A stretch of 64,000 nt of DNA from Candidatus Omnitrophota bacterium (GCA_041650295.1 JBAZLM010000001.1:318-64317); one strand, 5' to 3'; counted from the stretch's first letter, positions 39,203 through 49,190 are shown. Numbers and translations are program-made. Notes: generated by a model from the letters alone, not told the origin.

Positions 39203-40586
39203 CTCTAAATTCCCCTACTACAAATAATGAACCCGTAACTAAAATTAAGTCTTTTTTGCCTGCTAAGCGCCTAGCTAAAAGTTTAGCCTCTTTTACGCTA
39301 GTCGTCAAATACACTTTTCGTTTAAAATAACTTGCCAATTTAGTTGGTGAAGTTGCCCGCGCAGTTTTTGCGCAAGTTAAAATCACTTCATCGGCCAAAG
39401 TATTCAAAGTTTTACAAATTCCGGCTAAATCCTTATCCAGAGAGATCCCTAACACTAAAATTAATCTCTGATAGTGAAAATTATCTTTGATCGCCGACTT
39501 TAAAATCTGAGCAGATGCTAAATTTTGTGATCCGTCTAAAACCACCAGCGGATTTTTTTGTATTACCTCACATCTGCCTGGCCAGATAGTCTTAGCTATG
39601 CCTTTAGAAATGGCTGGCGCAGTGATATTAAAACCATAAAAATACAAAGCCTCAACTAGCCCCACCGCTAAAGCCGCATTAGCCAACTGGTGCATCCCTA
39701 AAAGAGGAAGTTGTAAATTTTTATATTTATTACGCAACCCATTAATCGATAAACTTTGTTTGGTTTTAAAGTATTTAATCTGTTTTCCTACCTCAAAAAG
39801 TTTAGCGTTAAATTTTTTACAGCGATTTTGAATAACTTTAGTTACCACTTTATCCTGAGACGCCGAAACCACGATTAAATTTTTCTGCTTTATGATCCCC
39901 GCTTTTTCTTGTGCAATTTTAGATAAAGTTCTGCCCAACTTCTGCGTATGCTCTAAACTAATCGGAGTAATCCCGCTAACCAAAGGATGTGCGGTATTAG
40001 TAGCATCTAACCTACCCCCCATCCCCGTCTCTAAAACTACAAAATCAACTTGTTGACGTAAAAAATAAATAAACGCAAGTGCGGTATAAACTTCAAAAAA
40101 AGAAAGTGGTCCGTACTTAGAATGCACATTATATTGATTAATGATCGGTTTTAATTCTTCAACTATCTGAATTAACGCTTTAGGTGGGATCATCCCTTCG
40201 AAAACCTTTGCTCTATTCTTCGTCATTGCGAGCCCCGCAGGGGTGAAGCAATCTTGTTTCTGGGATTGCTTCGTCGCTTGCGCTCCTCGCAATGACTCAG
40301 GTAACAAGATTCTAATGCGTTCTCTAAAATCATTTAAATGCGGTGAAGTATACAGCCCGACGCAAAATCCTGCTTCTCTTAAAATAGAGGCCACAAAAGC
40401 ACAGGTTGAGCCTTTGCCTTTGGTTCCGGCGACATGAATAATACTTAAAAATTTTTGAGGGTTACCAATTAAAGTTAAAAAATCTTGCATGCGTTCTAAC
40501 TTTATGGTTTGCGCATAAGAGTAGTGAGTATTTTTTTCGTAATCAGAGAGGCAGTTGAGGTAATTTAAAACTTGCTGATAGGACAT
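39192..40586 (-). CDS. folC: Folylpolyglutamate synthase / dihydrofolate synthase (Mur-ligase family), with a 25-codon in-frame repeat insertion.
   Basis: HVAGTKGKGSTCAFVASILREAGFCVGLYTSPHLNDFRERIRI. The inserted peptide LPESLRGAQATKQSQKQDCFTPAGLAMTKNRAKV is encoded by the palindromic repeat at 40222-40296. Confidence 0.85.
   Translation of the reverse strand: MSYQQVLNYLNCLSDYEKNTHYSYAQTIKLERMQDFLTLIGNPQKFLSIIHVAGTKGKGSTCAFVASILREAGFCVGLYTSPHLNDFRERIRILLPESLRGAQATKQSQKQDCFTPAGLAMTKNRAKVFEGMIPPKALIQIVEELKPIINQYNVHSKYGPLSFFEVYTALAFIYFLRQQVDFVVLETGMGGRLDATNTAHPLVSGITPISLEHTQKLGRTLSKIAQEKAGIIKQKNLIVVSASQDKVVTKVIQNRCKKFNAKLFEVGKQIKYFKTKQSLSINGLRNKYKNLQLPLLGMHQLANAALAVGLVEALYFYGFNITAPAISKGIAKTIWPGRCEVIQKNPLVVLDGSQNLASAQILKSAIKDNFHYQRLILVLGISLDKDLAGICKTLNTLADEVILTCAKTARATSPTKLASYFKRKVYLTTSVKEAKLLARRLAGKKDLILVTGSLFVVGEFRDEK
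40222..40296. repeat. Full two-arm copy (75 bp) of the palindromic repeat family, inserted in-frame in folC.
   Basis: Sequence is gtcattgcgagccccgcaggggtgaagcaatc-ttgtttctgg-gattgcttcgtcgcttgcgctcctcgcaatgac. Confidence 0.8.
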
Positions 40587-40589
40587 ACA

Positions 40590-42146
40590 TCAATGTTTAA
40601 AGTGGCGCAGACCGGTAGTGACCATCGCAATTTTATATTTATTACAAGCAGCAATAATCTCTTGATCCGCAATAGAACCGCCGGGTTGGATAATCGCTTT
40701 AGCCCCAGCTTTATGGGCCCAGGTAATCGCATCGGCCTTAGGAAAAAATGCATCCGAAGCCAAACAACAATCTTTACTTAATTTGCCAGATTTACTTTTA
40801 GCTACCATTACTGAATCAACGCGCGACATCTGTCCTGCGCCAATACCAACAGTTTTAGTGCCCTTAGTAAAAACTATCGCGTTAGATTTTACATGTTTAG
40901 CTACTTTCCAAGCAAAAATTAAACTTGTCATTTGCGCTTTACTTGGCTTAATTTTAGTAACGATTTTAAGATTATCTAAATTTAAAGTAACTGTGTCTTT
41001 ATCTTGTAAAAGTAAACCACCCCCAACCCGCTTCATCTCCGACTCCGCAATGACATTTAAATCATTTAATTCTAATAAACGTAAGTTCTTTTTTTCTTTA
41101 AAGATTTCCACGGCATTTTTATCAAAACCTGGGGCAATGATACACTCCAAAAAACCACTTTTAAACACAACTTTAGCTGTAGCTAAATCCATCTTTCGAT
41201 TTAACGCCACAATCCCGCCAAATGCAGAAAGTTTATCGGTAGCCCAAGCGTTTAAAAAAGCTTTGCTTAAAACTTTATCTTCAGCCACTCCGCAAGGATT
41301 ATTATGCTTAACAATTACCGCCGCAGGATTTTTAAATTCTTTAACTAATTCTAGTGCTGAATTAAGATCTAAAATATTATTAAAAGAAAGTTCTTTGCCC
41401 TGCAACTGTTTTAAGTTAATCAAGCCGCTAGTTTTACCACTTTCTCTATAGAAAGCTCCTCTTTGGTGAGGATTTTCTCCGTAACGCAAATTTTGAATTT
41501 TTTCAAAAGCTAAGTTCAATTCATTCGGTAATTCATCTAATTTGTTTTTACTCTGAAAATAATTACTTAAATAATCATAAATTGCGGCATCATATTTACT
41601 GGTGTGGCCATAAACTTCTATCCCCAACTGCAACATTAGTTCTGGCGATAAAGCACCTTGATTCTTTTTTAGTTCATTAATTACCTGGGGATAGCGTGCC
41701 GGGTTACAGATCACCGCCACCGACGAAGAATTTTTAGCCGCCGAACGCAACATCGCCGGTCCACCAATATCGATATTTTCAATAATCTCTTCAATCTTTA
41801 CGCCAGGTTTTTGCGTAGTTTTCGCAAAAGGGTACAAATTAACTACGACCATATCAATGGTTCCCATATTATGTTGGGCTAAAGTGTTTACATGTTGCAG
41901 ATTATTGCGTAAAGCCAGGATCCCGGCGTGAATTTTAGGATGTAAAGTTTTTACGCGACCATCCAACATTTCTGGAAAACCCGTATACTCGGAAACTTCG
42001 GTTACGGCAATATTATTTCCTCTTAACAGTTTTGCCGTACCACCGGTAGAAATAATCTCTACGCCAAAGTCTTTTAAAACTTTAGCCAATTCTATGATCC
42101 CGGTCTTATCGGATAAACTAATTAAAGCTCTTTTTATTTTTATCAT
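40590..42146 (-). CDS. purH: Bifunctional AICAR formyltransferase / IMP cyclohydrolase.
   Basis: ALISLSDKTGIIELAK...ISTGGTAKLL...GRVKTLHPKIHAGILA, and the C-terminus ...TGLRHFKH. Confidence 0.92.
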   Translation of the reverse strand: MIKIKRALISLSDKTGIIELAKVLKDFGVEIISTGGTAKLLRGNNIAVTEVSEYTGFPEMLDGRVKTLHPKIHAGILALRNNLQHVNTLAQHNMGTIDMVVVNLYPFAKTTQKPGVKIEEIIENIDIGGPAMLRSAAKNSSSVAVICNPARYPQVINELKKNQGALSPELMLQLGIEVYGHTSKYDAAIYDYLSNYFQSKNKLDELPNELNLAFEKIQNLRYGENPHQRGAFYRESGKTSGLINLKQLQGKELSFNNILDLNSALELVKEFKNPAAVIVKHNNPCGVAEDKVLSKAFLNAWATDKLSAFGGIVALNRKMDLATAKVVFKSGFLECIIAPGFDKNAVEIFKEKKNLRLLELNDLNVIAESEMKRVGGGLLLQDKDTVTLNLDNLKIVTKIKPSKAQMTSLIFAWKVAKHVKSNAIVFTKGTKTVGIGAGQMSRVDSVMVAKSKSGKLSKDCCLASDAFFPKADAITWAHKAGAKAIIQPGGSIADQEIIAACNKYKIAMVTTGLRHFKH

Positions 42147-42847
42147 TATTTGTTAAAGCGAAAATTTACTAAATCCCCTTCTTGCATAATATATTCTTTT
42201 TGCTCAAGACGCATCTTGCCCGCCTGTTTAGCGCCGGTTTCTCCACCACCAGCAATAAAATCTGCAAAGCTAATAATCTCTGCCCGAATAAAACCTTGTT
42301 GAATATCAGAATGAATTACGCCAGCGGCTTCCCAAGCAGTGGTACCTTTTTTAATTAACCAAGCGCGATTTTCTTTGTCTCCCACCGTCAGAAAACAAAT
42401 AAAACCACTTTGCCCTAATACCTTGGCCAATAAAGTACCCATATCTGCTAATTCATCTTTTTCAATCACTACCGCCGGCTTAATCGTCAATAGACCATAA
42501 CCAGAGATCTCTTCTTTATCCACAGCAGTTAATCCAATAGAAGAGATAAATTCTTCTTTTTCCAAAGCTATTTTCATTTTATCTAAAATTACTTTTTCTT
42601 TCTCAGCCGGAGCTTTACTTAAACGCGTCTCTACAAAATCTAAATCATGCAAAATTAAATCCATTTTCGCATCTTTTAAAATAATAATCACATCGGCTTC
42701 TTCGGCGCCCTCTTGGCCCAGCATCTCAATCTGAGGCTGCGTTTTTTTCTTAGCCTTAACTAATTTATCTGCTTGATCAAGCAAATCATATTTAATATTA
42801 TGTTTACCAAGTACAATTTCCGGAATACCAAAAGCACTAATTTTCAT
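42146..42847 (-). CDS. YchF-like protein with a degenerate N-terminal G-domain (no P-loop) and a conserved C-terminal DUF933/TGS-like domain.
   Basis: C-terminus RAWLIKKGTTAWEAAGVIHSDIQQGFIRAEIISFADFI..GGETGAKQAGKMRLEQKEYIMQEGDLVNFRFNK is close to YchF. The N-terminus reads FGIPEIVLGKHN instead of GLPNVGKST. Confidence 0.6.
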   Translation of the reverse strand: MKISAFGIPEIVLGKHNIKYDLLDQADKLVKAKKKTQPQIEMLGQEGAEEADVIIILKDAKMDLILHDLDFVETRLSKAPAEKEKVILDKMKIALEKEEFISSIGLTAVDKEEISGYGLLTIKPAVVIEKDELADMGTLLAKVLGQSGFICFLTVGDKENRAWLIKKGTTAWEAAGVIHSDIQQGFIRAEIISFADFIAGGGETGAKQAGKMRLEQKEYIMQEGDLVNFRFNK

Positions 42848-42922
42848 AAATAAATTAAGTTAGAGACTAACTTCCTCGTAGTTTGAAAAATTAATTAGAC
42901 TAAGTTGTTACAAAATAAAAGA

Positions 42923-44107
42923 TTATTCCAGGTAGGTGTAAATCTTGCCTTTATAATTGCGCAATACATATTTACCCTTGGCCTGAGAAAGAATATAATT
43001 TGGTCCCACCGGGATTTTTCCACCGCCACCGGGTCCGTCAATAACATAGGTCGGAACCGCATAACCAGAGGTATGTCCGCGCAGCTTTTCAATAATATTA
43101 ATCCCAGTAGCTACCGGAGTACGAAAATGTTGTGTACCACGCACGGGATCACATTGATAAATATAATATGGTCTAACCCTAATTTGTAAAAGATCATGCA
43201 CCAAGCGTTTCATAATAAACGGCCGATCATTAATTCCCTTTAATAAAACTGACTGACTACCTAAAGGAATACCGCTTTCCGAAAGCAGATCACAGGCATT
43301 TTTACAGCGCTTAGAAATTTCTTTAGGATGATTAAAATGAATGCTCATCCAAATCGGTGAATATTTTTTTAACATATTCACTAAATTCTCAGTGATGCGC
43401 TGTGGCAAAGTTACCGGAACCCGTGTACCAATTCTTAAAAGCTCAACATGCGATATAGCGCGAATTTTAGAAATTAAAGACTCTAAAGCCGCATCTTCTA
43501 AGGTCAACGGGTCTCCTCCAGAAATTAAAACATCCCGGATCTTACGATTAGCTTTAATATATTCGATAGCCGCATCAAATTTAGTTTCTGGGTTGACATC
43601 TTTTTCTTCATGATCGCCCACTAAACGTCGACGCGTACAATGACGACAATACATTGCACAATGATCTGTAGATAGTAATAAAACTCTATCTGGATAGCGA
43701 TGTACTAAATGCGGTGCCGGAGAGTCTCTGTCTTCAGCGCAAGGATCGGCCATTTCATGCGGAGAGATCACAAATTCTTCACCCACCGGAACCGACTGTC
43801 TACGAATGGGACAGTTTGGATCATCAGCATCAATCAAAGAAGCCCAATAAGGAGTAATCGCCATCGCCAATCTTCCCTTGGCTTTATCAATTCCCTTTTC
43901 CTCGGCAGGAGTAAGTTTAATAATTTGTACTAACTCTTCTTTAGTGCGAATTCTATGTTTTAATTGCCAATGCCAATCCTCCCAATCTAAAGGATTAACA
44001 TCTTTAAAAAGAGGAATCTGCTGATAATCACGAGAACGTCTTGATGGCCGGCTAACCGGGGCCTCAACTTGTACTTTTTGGTTCTCTAGATCTGTAGGAT
44101 TACTCAA
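42923..44107 (-). CDS. KamA-family radical-SAM aminomutase (lysine 2,3-aminomutase-like).
   Basis: WEDWHWQLKHRI...ITPYWASLID...CPIRRQSVP...HRYPDRVLLLSTDHCAMYCRHCTRRR, with the CxxxCxxC cluster. Confidence 0.85.
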   Translation of the reverse strand: MSNPTDLENQKVQVEAPVSRPSRRSRDYQQIPLFKDVNPLDWEDWHWQLKHRIRTKEELVQIIKLTPAEEKGIDKAKGRLAMAITPYWASLIDADDPNCPIRRQSVPVGEEFVISPHEMADPCAEDRDSPAPHLVHRYPDRVLLLSTDHCAMYCRHCTRRRLVGDHEEKDVNPETKFDAAIEYIKANRKIRDVLISGGDPLTLEDAALESLISKIRAISHVELLRIGTRVPVTLPQRITENLVNMLKKYSPIWMSIHFNHPKEISKRCKNACDLLSESGIPLGSQSVLLKGINDRPFIMKRLVHDLLQIRVRPYYIYQCDPVRGTQHFRTPVATGINIIEKLRGHTSGYAVPTYVIDGPGGGGKIPVGPNYILSQAKGKYVLRNYKGKIYTYLE

Positions 44108-45105
44108 TTTAGCCTTTTCCTTTCTGAGGCACTTAATAATATGGCCTCAATAAGATCCTCGTATTTCATTCCGGCAGCATACGCCATCAACGGAAAATTA
44201 GATTCTTTAGGATCTAATCCTGGGAGAGGATTAATCTCTAAAACATAGGGCACATTAAATTTATCTAAACGAATGTCGGTACGTGAAATATCTAAACATC
44301 CGACCGCTCGATGAGTGCGCAAGGCCACATCTCTAACCTTTTCTTCGGTCTCTTTATCTAATCTAGCCGGACAATGAAATTCCGGAACCAATCCTAATTC
44401 ACTATTCCCCTGGAACTCTTTCATCTTCCAAGTATAAAAATATTCGCCACTTTTTTTACAATTGGTAAAATCAATCTCTAAAATCGGTAATACACGCGTC
44501 TTACCATTTTCTAAAATCCCTACGGTTAACTCTTTTCCCTCGATAAACTCCTCTACTAGAGCTTCTTGCTTATACACCTCAATCGATTCTTTAATTTTTT
44601 TAAAGAGATCTTCTTTTTTAGCAACAACATTAGTTTTATTAATCCCTTTGGCTGAGCCTTCACAATTAGGTTTAACAATTAAAGGAAATTTTAATTGCTC
44701 ATTTAATAATTCATCTCCCTTAACAAAAACTTGAAAATTAGGCGTAGGAATATTCTCTGCCTGTAATATTTTTTTAGTTAAGCCTTTATTTAAAGCTAAG
44801 GCCAAAGAAAAAGTATCTGAACCGGTATAAGGAATATTTAAATAATCTAGCACTGCCGGAACTTCCGACTCACGAAAACGTCCATGTTTTCCTTCGGCAA
44901 TATTAAAAACCATATCCACGCGATTTTTTCTAAAATATGAAAATAAAGCCGGATACTCCACATCAATAGCTTCTACAGAATGACCCTTGGTTTTAAGCGC
45001 CGAAACAACAGAATTAATCGTTTCCTCTGAATCACATTCAGAAAAATAATCTGCCGGCTTTAGGGGATCTTTCTTTTTTAAATTATAGGTTAAGGCAACT
45101 TTCAT
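44104..45105 (-). CDS. D-alanine--D-alanine ligase-family ATP-grasp enzyme (paralogue 2).
   Basis: FPLIVKPNCEGSAKGI...EEFIEGKELTVGIL...YVLEINPLPGL fits the ATP-grasp Ddl-like fold. Confidence 0.75.
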   Translation of the reverse strand: MKVALTYNLKKKDPLKPADYFSECDSEETINSVVSALKTKGHSVEAIDVEYPALFSYFRKNRVDMVFNIAEGKHGRFRESEVPAVLDYLNIPYTGSDTFSLALALNKGLTKKILQAENIPTPNFQVFVKGDELLNEQLKFPLIVKPNCEGSAKGINKTNVVAKKEDLFKKIKESIEVYKQEALVEEFIEGKELTVGILENGKTRVLPILEIDFTNCKKSGEYFYTWKMKEFQGNSELGLVPEFHCPARLDKETEEKVRDVALRTHRAVGCLDISRTDIRLDKFNVPYVLEINPLPGLDPKESNFPLMAYAAGMKYEDLIEAILLSASERKRLN

Positions 45106-46095
45106 TTAAATTAATCCATTGCGCTTTAACGCGCTGTTAAGAATCTTTCCCACCATCTGCTCATAAGTAATCCCAATGTGCTGAGCAATCAACATAAAAA
45201 CATCTTCAGTCGACAAAGACGGTAAGGGATTAATCTCTAAAACATAAGGATTGCCGTCTTTATCTACGCGAAAATCAACCCGACCAAAATCGCGACATTC
45301 TACAGAACGATAAACTTTTAAAGCCAGATCATCTATTTTTTTCTCTAACTCTTTAGAGATCACAGCCGGACAAATATATTCTAGGCGATCCGAAGTAATC
45401 CGCGCAAAAGTATAAAACATATCATTTAATTGCAATTTTCCGTCGATTTTAATCTGCACCACCGGGAAAACTTCTGGATTTTCATTACCGACAATGGCTA
45501 CCGTAAACTCAGATCCAGAGATAAATTCTTCAATCAGAGCCGGCTGCTTATAAGTTTTAGTAATAAAATCTACCTGTTTCTTTAATTCATCAATATTGGC
45601 CACCCGCGAGCTCTCGCTTAAACCTTTAGAAGAACCTTCAAAGCGGGGCTTAACAATTAAAGGAAATTTGCAATGATCAAAATTACTTAAAGCATCCGCA
45701 CAACTAGCTTCAAAAAATTTTGGCGTAGGAATTTTCTCAGCAATAAAAATTTTTTTGGCCATTACTTTATCTAAAGTTAATCCTAGTGTTAAAGCATCCG
45801 CTCCTACAAAAGGAATCCCGGCCATCTCTAATAAAATCGGTACTTGCGATTCACGATTTCTGCCAGTTAACCCTTCAGAGATATTAAAAACAATATCCAC
45901 CCCTAAATTGTCAATTTTTTCTAGTAAATTATTGGCATTGCCAATTTTTTTAACTGTAAAGCCATTGGCAGCAATCGCATTAGCAATAACATCAATCGTT
46001 GATGGGGCATCAAATTCCGCGTTAGCATCTAGCGGATCCCCTTCTTTAAATTTATAATCAGTTTTTAAGTCGTATGTTAATCCTACTATTTTCAT
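45106..46095 (-). CDS. D-alanine--D-alanine ligase-family ATP-grasp enzyme (paralogue 1).
   Basis: FPLIVKPRFEGSSKGL...EEFISGSEFTVAIV...YVLEINPLPSL. Confidence 0.75.
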   Translation of the reverse strand: MKIVGLTYDLKTDYKFKEGDPLDANAEFDAPSTIDVIANAIAANGFTVKKIGNANNLLEKIDNLGVDIVFNISEGLTGRNRESQVPILLEMAGIPFVGADALTLGLTLDKVMAKKIFIAEKIPTPKFFEASCADALSNFDHCKFPLIVKPRFEGSSKGLSESSRVANIDELKKQVDFITKTYKQPALIEEFISGSEFTVAIVGNENPEVFPVVQIKIDGKLQLNDMFYTFARITSDRLEYICPAVISKELEKKIDDLALKVYRSVECRDFGRVDFRVDKDGNPYVLEINPLPSLSTEDVFMLIAQHIGITYEQMVGKILNSALKRNGLI

Positions 46096-46450
46096 TATTT
46101 TATCTCTTTAAGTTAAGTTTATTTTTTTATCTTATTAAAATTTAAATTTTTTACTAAATTTATCGACGATTCAATTAATTAATTATAAAAAAAGGCCCTG
46201 GTTTTAAATTACTTTGCCATGAGCCTCTAAGAATCTATCCAATTTTTTCCAACTTAGTTTACAAACCTCCTAAATGTTATACAAAATGTTGTAGCTATGT
46301 TATTTTTTTACCACAATATGAAGCCATTGTCAAGTATTTTTTGAATAAAAATGGCTATAGAAGATAAAATTACTTCCGTCGATAAAGGATAGTTTTTTAA
46401 GGGTGGGTTAAAAGAATTTAAGCCTAAAACGCAGTGATTTTAATTTATAA

Positions 46451-47071
46451 TTAAAATAATAATTCTGCAGCAATAATATCCTTAACTAACTGCTCAAAAC
46501 TAGTAAAAACTGTTCCTTGAATACCTAAGGTTTTAGCACTTTCTACTAATTCACTCCGATCATCCGTATAAAATATCTCTTCCGGATTAACTTTAAGCCC
46601 CTGGATTACTTGTTGGTAAATTTTTTTATCGGGCTTAATCGTTCCTAATTCAAAGGACAAGAAAACCTGGTCAAAAACTCCAAAAACCGGATAATTTTTC
46701 TTTAAATATTCATAATGCAGAGCATTAATATTGGAAAGTAGTGCCGTCTTATAATTAACTCGTAATGAATTGACCAACTGAAAAACTGAGCGATTTTTAG
46801 GAGTTAAGAAAAAAATGTCATTCCAAATCGGCACAAATGACTCATAACTAAGCTTTAGATCCAACATTTTTTTAACTTCTAAATAAAAATCTTGAGCACT
46901 AATCTTGCCAGCTTCAAAGGCAATCGTCGCTGGCGATTCAAAAAATAAAGCATAAATCTCCTGAGGAGTTTTTTTACAAAAAGAGGCGATTCTTTGTGCG
47001 GCACGCTGGTGATCAAAGTCTACCAACACTTTACCTAAATCAAACAAAACAACTTTTATCTCTTGTTTCAT
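46451..47071 (-). CDS. HAD-superfamily hydrolase.
   Basis: N-terminal motif I VVLFDLGKVLVDFD. Lengths and later motifs are consistent with a small HAD-IA phosphatase. Confidence 0.6.
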   Translation of the reverse strand: MKQEIKVVLFDLGKVLVDFDHQRAAQRIASFCKKTPQEIYALFFESPATIAFEAGKISAQDFYLEVKKMLDLKLSYESFVPIWNDIFFLTPKNRSVFQLVNSLRVNYKTALLSNINALHYEYLKKNYPVFGVFDQVFLSFELGTIKPDKKIYQQVIQGLKVNPEEIFYTDDRSELVESAKTLGIQGTVFTSFEQLVKDIIAAELLF

Positions 47072-47073
47072 AA

Positions 47074-48045
47074 TTAATTACCTTTATCTTTATTCTTTCT
47101 AAATAAATCTAAAAACTTATCTTCATACTCTTTATAAACATTCCATTTATCTAGCTCAATTTTCAATTCATTAGCCTTAACAATATCTAATCGGCTTTCT
47201 GCAAAAAGCTTTTCAATTTTTTCTTTTACCGACACCGGCAGCTTAGTTAATTGACTCAGGGTTTTTTTAATTAACTCTACCTCTTCTTCACCAATAGGAG
47301 CCGATTGACCGCTAGTTCCTAAATTTAAATAATCCAATAATTTATTAATTTCATGCTCCATAGCCTGGGCCTGATCTTTTAATGGCTGCAAATTTATCGC
47401 AATATTTAATATCTTTTCTAATCCTGCTAACACCGCTGCTGAAGCCTTAGGATTTTCAATCTGGATAGTATAAAGCGGGATATCTCCCAATAAACAAAAC
47501 CCTTTTAATCCGGATTTTTTAGCCAGAGCTAAAAATAAACCATTCATCCCGCTAATTTGTCCGTCGAGTAATTCTTTAAAATTATATTTCTTTAAATCTT
47601 CTTTAATTTTTTGATCAGTCGCCACAAACCAAACGTGAGAGTCTTGACTATGATCACTGGCCTGTGGCATCGAAGCAAAGCTCACTACTGCTTCCACTTT
47701 GAAATTTTTAGCTAACCCAATAATAATCTTAGAATAACTGTCCGCTTTAGATAAATCCGGTTGGGCATTGCTGAGAAAAATTATTAAATCATTTTTCCCA
47801 GTTTTATTCCTCCAATAATAAAATTTACCTTGAGGTAAAGGTGGCAGATCTAATAAGCCGTTGGTAATAGCGCTACCGGTTAAATAAAAAAATTCTTCCG
47901 GGGCAATACTAGCAAATTCAACTGCCTTTAATTCATCCACTAAATAATTAGCTGCCTTAAAAGCTACCTCCCCCATTCCCGGCCAAGCCACAATTAAATA
48001 AGGTTTTTTTAAACGAGGTTTTTTAGAAATGATTAAAGAATCCAT
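47074..48045 (-). CDS. PAC2-family protein (proteasome-assembly-chaperone-like).
   Basis: The N-terminus YLIVAWPGMGEVAFKAANYLVDEL...FFYLTGSAIT is typical of PAC2-family proteins. Confidence 0.55.
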   Translation of the reverse strand: MDSLIISKKPRLKKPYLIVAWPGMGEVAFKAANYLVDELKAVEFASIAPEEFFYLTGSAITNGLLDLPPLPQGKFYYWRNKTGKNDLIIFLSNAQPDLSKADSYSKIIIGLAKNFKVEAVVSFASMPQASDHSQDSHVWFVATDQKIKEDLKKYNFKELLDGQISGMNGLFLALAKKSGLKGFCLLGDIPLYTIQIENPKASAAVLAGLEKILNIAINLQPLKDQAQAMEHEINKLLDYLNLGTSGQSAPIGEEEVELIKKTLSQLTKLPVSVKEKIEKLFAESRLDIVKANELKIELDKWNVYKEYEDKFLDLFRKNKDKGN

Positions 48046-48065
48046 ATTCTCTCCGGTTTAATTAG

Positions 48066-49190
48066 TTATATTTTATATTGTTGTAAAAATTCTACTAAAA
48101 CACGCGCACCCTTATATAAATTATCCAAAGAAGTATATTCATCGGCAATGTGCGCACACCCTTCTACACCAAACCCGGTAGCAATAGCCGGTATATTTTT
48201 TTCTTTAAAAAAAGTGATTACGGTTGCACCCTCTGAACCACTAATCCGGGGTTTAATTTTTATTTTCTTCATCGCCGAAACTAAATTATTAACTAGTGGG
48301 TGTTTGGGATTAATGTAATATGGATCTTGAATTCCTTGAATTTCAATTTTATAATTTTTTGTATACTTAGTAATAATTTTCTTTAAATTACGCAGAAGCG
48401 CTTTTTCAGTTGAACCGGGTAAAAATCTAAAATCTAATTCAAATTCACACCATCCGCTAACCACATTTACTTTATCTCCTCCCTTAATCGTGCCCACATT
48501 TACCGTCGGAGGATGTAAATATCTATGTTTAGAATAAATTTTATTTTGCCGGCCTAAATCATTAATTATCTTTGCGGCGATATCAATGGCATTTACACCT
48601 AGCCAAGGATAAGCGCCGTGGGCCTTTTTTCCGTATATTTTAACTCTAAGATGCATCAAACCTTTTTGTGTAATCACAATCTCAAAATCATCGGCATCCA
48701 AAACTACCGCCGCATCCACTTTTAAAATATTACGCTTTAAAAGAGGAATTAATCCTAGGTCCGAACCACTCTCCTCATCAGCGGTTGCTGCAAAAACTAA
48801 ATCATAATCCAATTTAATTTTATCTTCCACTAAAACATGAACCGCTTCCATTAAAGCTGCTAAATTACATTTGCAATCAGTAGCACCTAAACCGTAAATT
48901 TTATCTCCTACAATTTTAGCTTTCAATGGAGCGTTTTTCCAGCTGTCTCCGGCTGGCACCGTATCCAAATGGGGAGTAAGCAAAAGCGATCCTTTACGAT
49001 TCTTACCTGCTAAAGTCGCCAAAACATTAGGACGATTTTTACTAAAAGTATAAGTTTTAACTTTTAAACCTAAATCTTTTAAATAGCTACTCACAAAATT
49101 AGCAATTTTAATTTCATTGCCCGGAGGATTCTGAGAGTCTAATGAAATTAATTCTTGGAAGGTTTTAATTAAACGTTTTTTATTGACCAT
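48066..49190 (-). CDS. M20-family metallopeptidase / deacylase (ArgE/DapE-like).
   Basis: LLTPHLDTVPAGD...IYGLGATDCKCNLAALM...DEESG is the M20 metal-binding pattern. Confidence 0.75.
   Translation of the reverse strand: MVNKKRLIKTFQELISLDSQNPPGNEIKIANFVSSYLKDLGLKVKTYTFSKNRPNVLATLAGKNRKGSLLLTPHLDTVPAGDSWKNAPLKAKIVGDKIYGLGATDCKCNLAALMEAVHVLVEDKIKLDYDLVFAATADEESGSDLGLIPLLKRNILKVDAAVVLDADDFEIVITQKGLMHLRVKIYGKKAHGAYPWLGVNAIDIAAKIINDLGRQNKIYSKHRYLHPPTVNVGTIKGGDKVNVVSGWCEFELDFRFLPGSTEKALLRNLKKIITKYTKNYKIEIQGIQDPYYINPKHPLVNNLVSAMKKIKIKPRISGSEGATVITFFKEKNIPAIATGFGVEGCAHIADEYTSLDNLYKGARVLVEFLQQYKI

Noticed and set aside
40565-41451. ORFs 40565-40753 (-), 40572-40781 (+) and 40783-41451 (+) inside purH.
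   Set aside because: They overlap the highly conserved PurH coding frame on the opposite strand or in an alternative frame; judged shadow ORFs.
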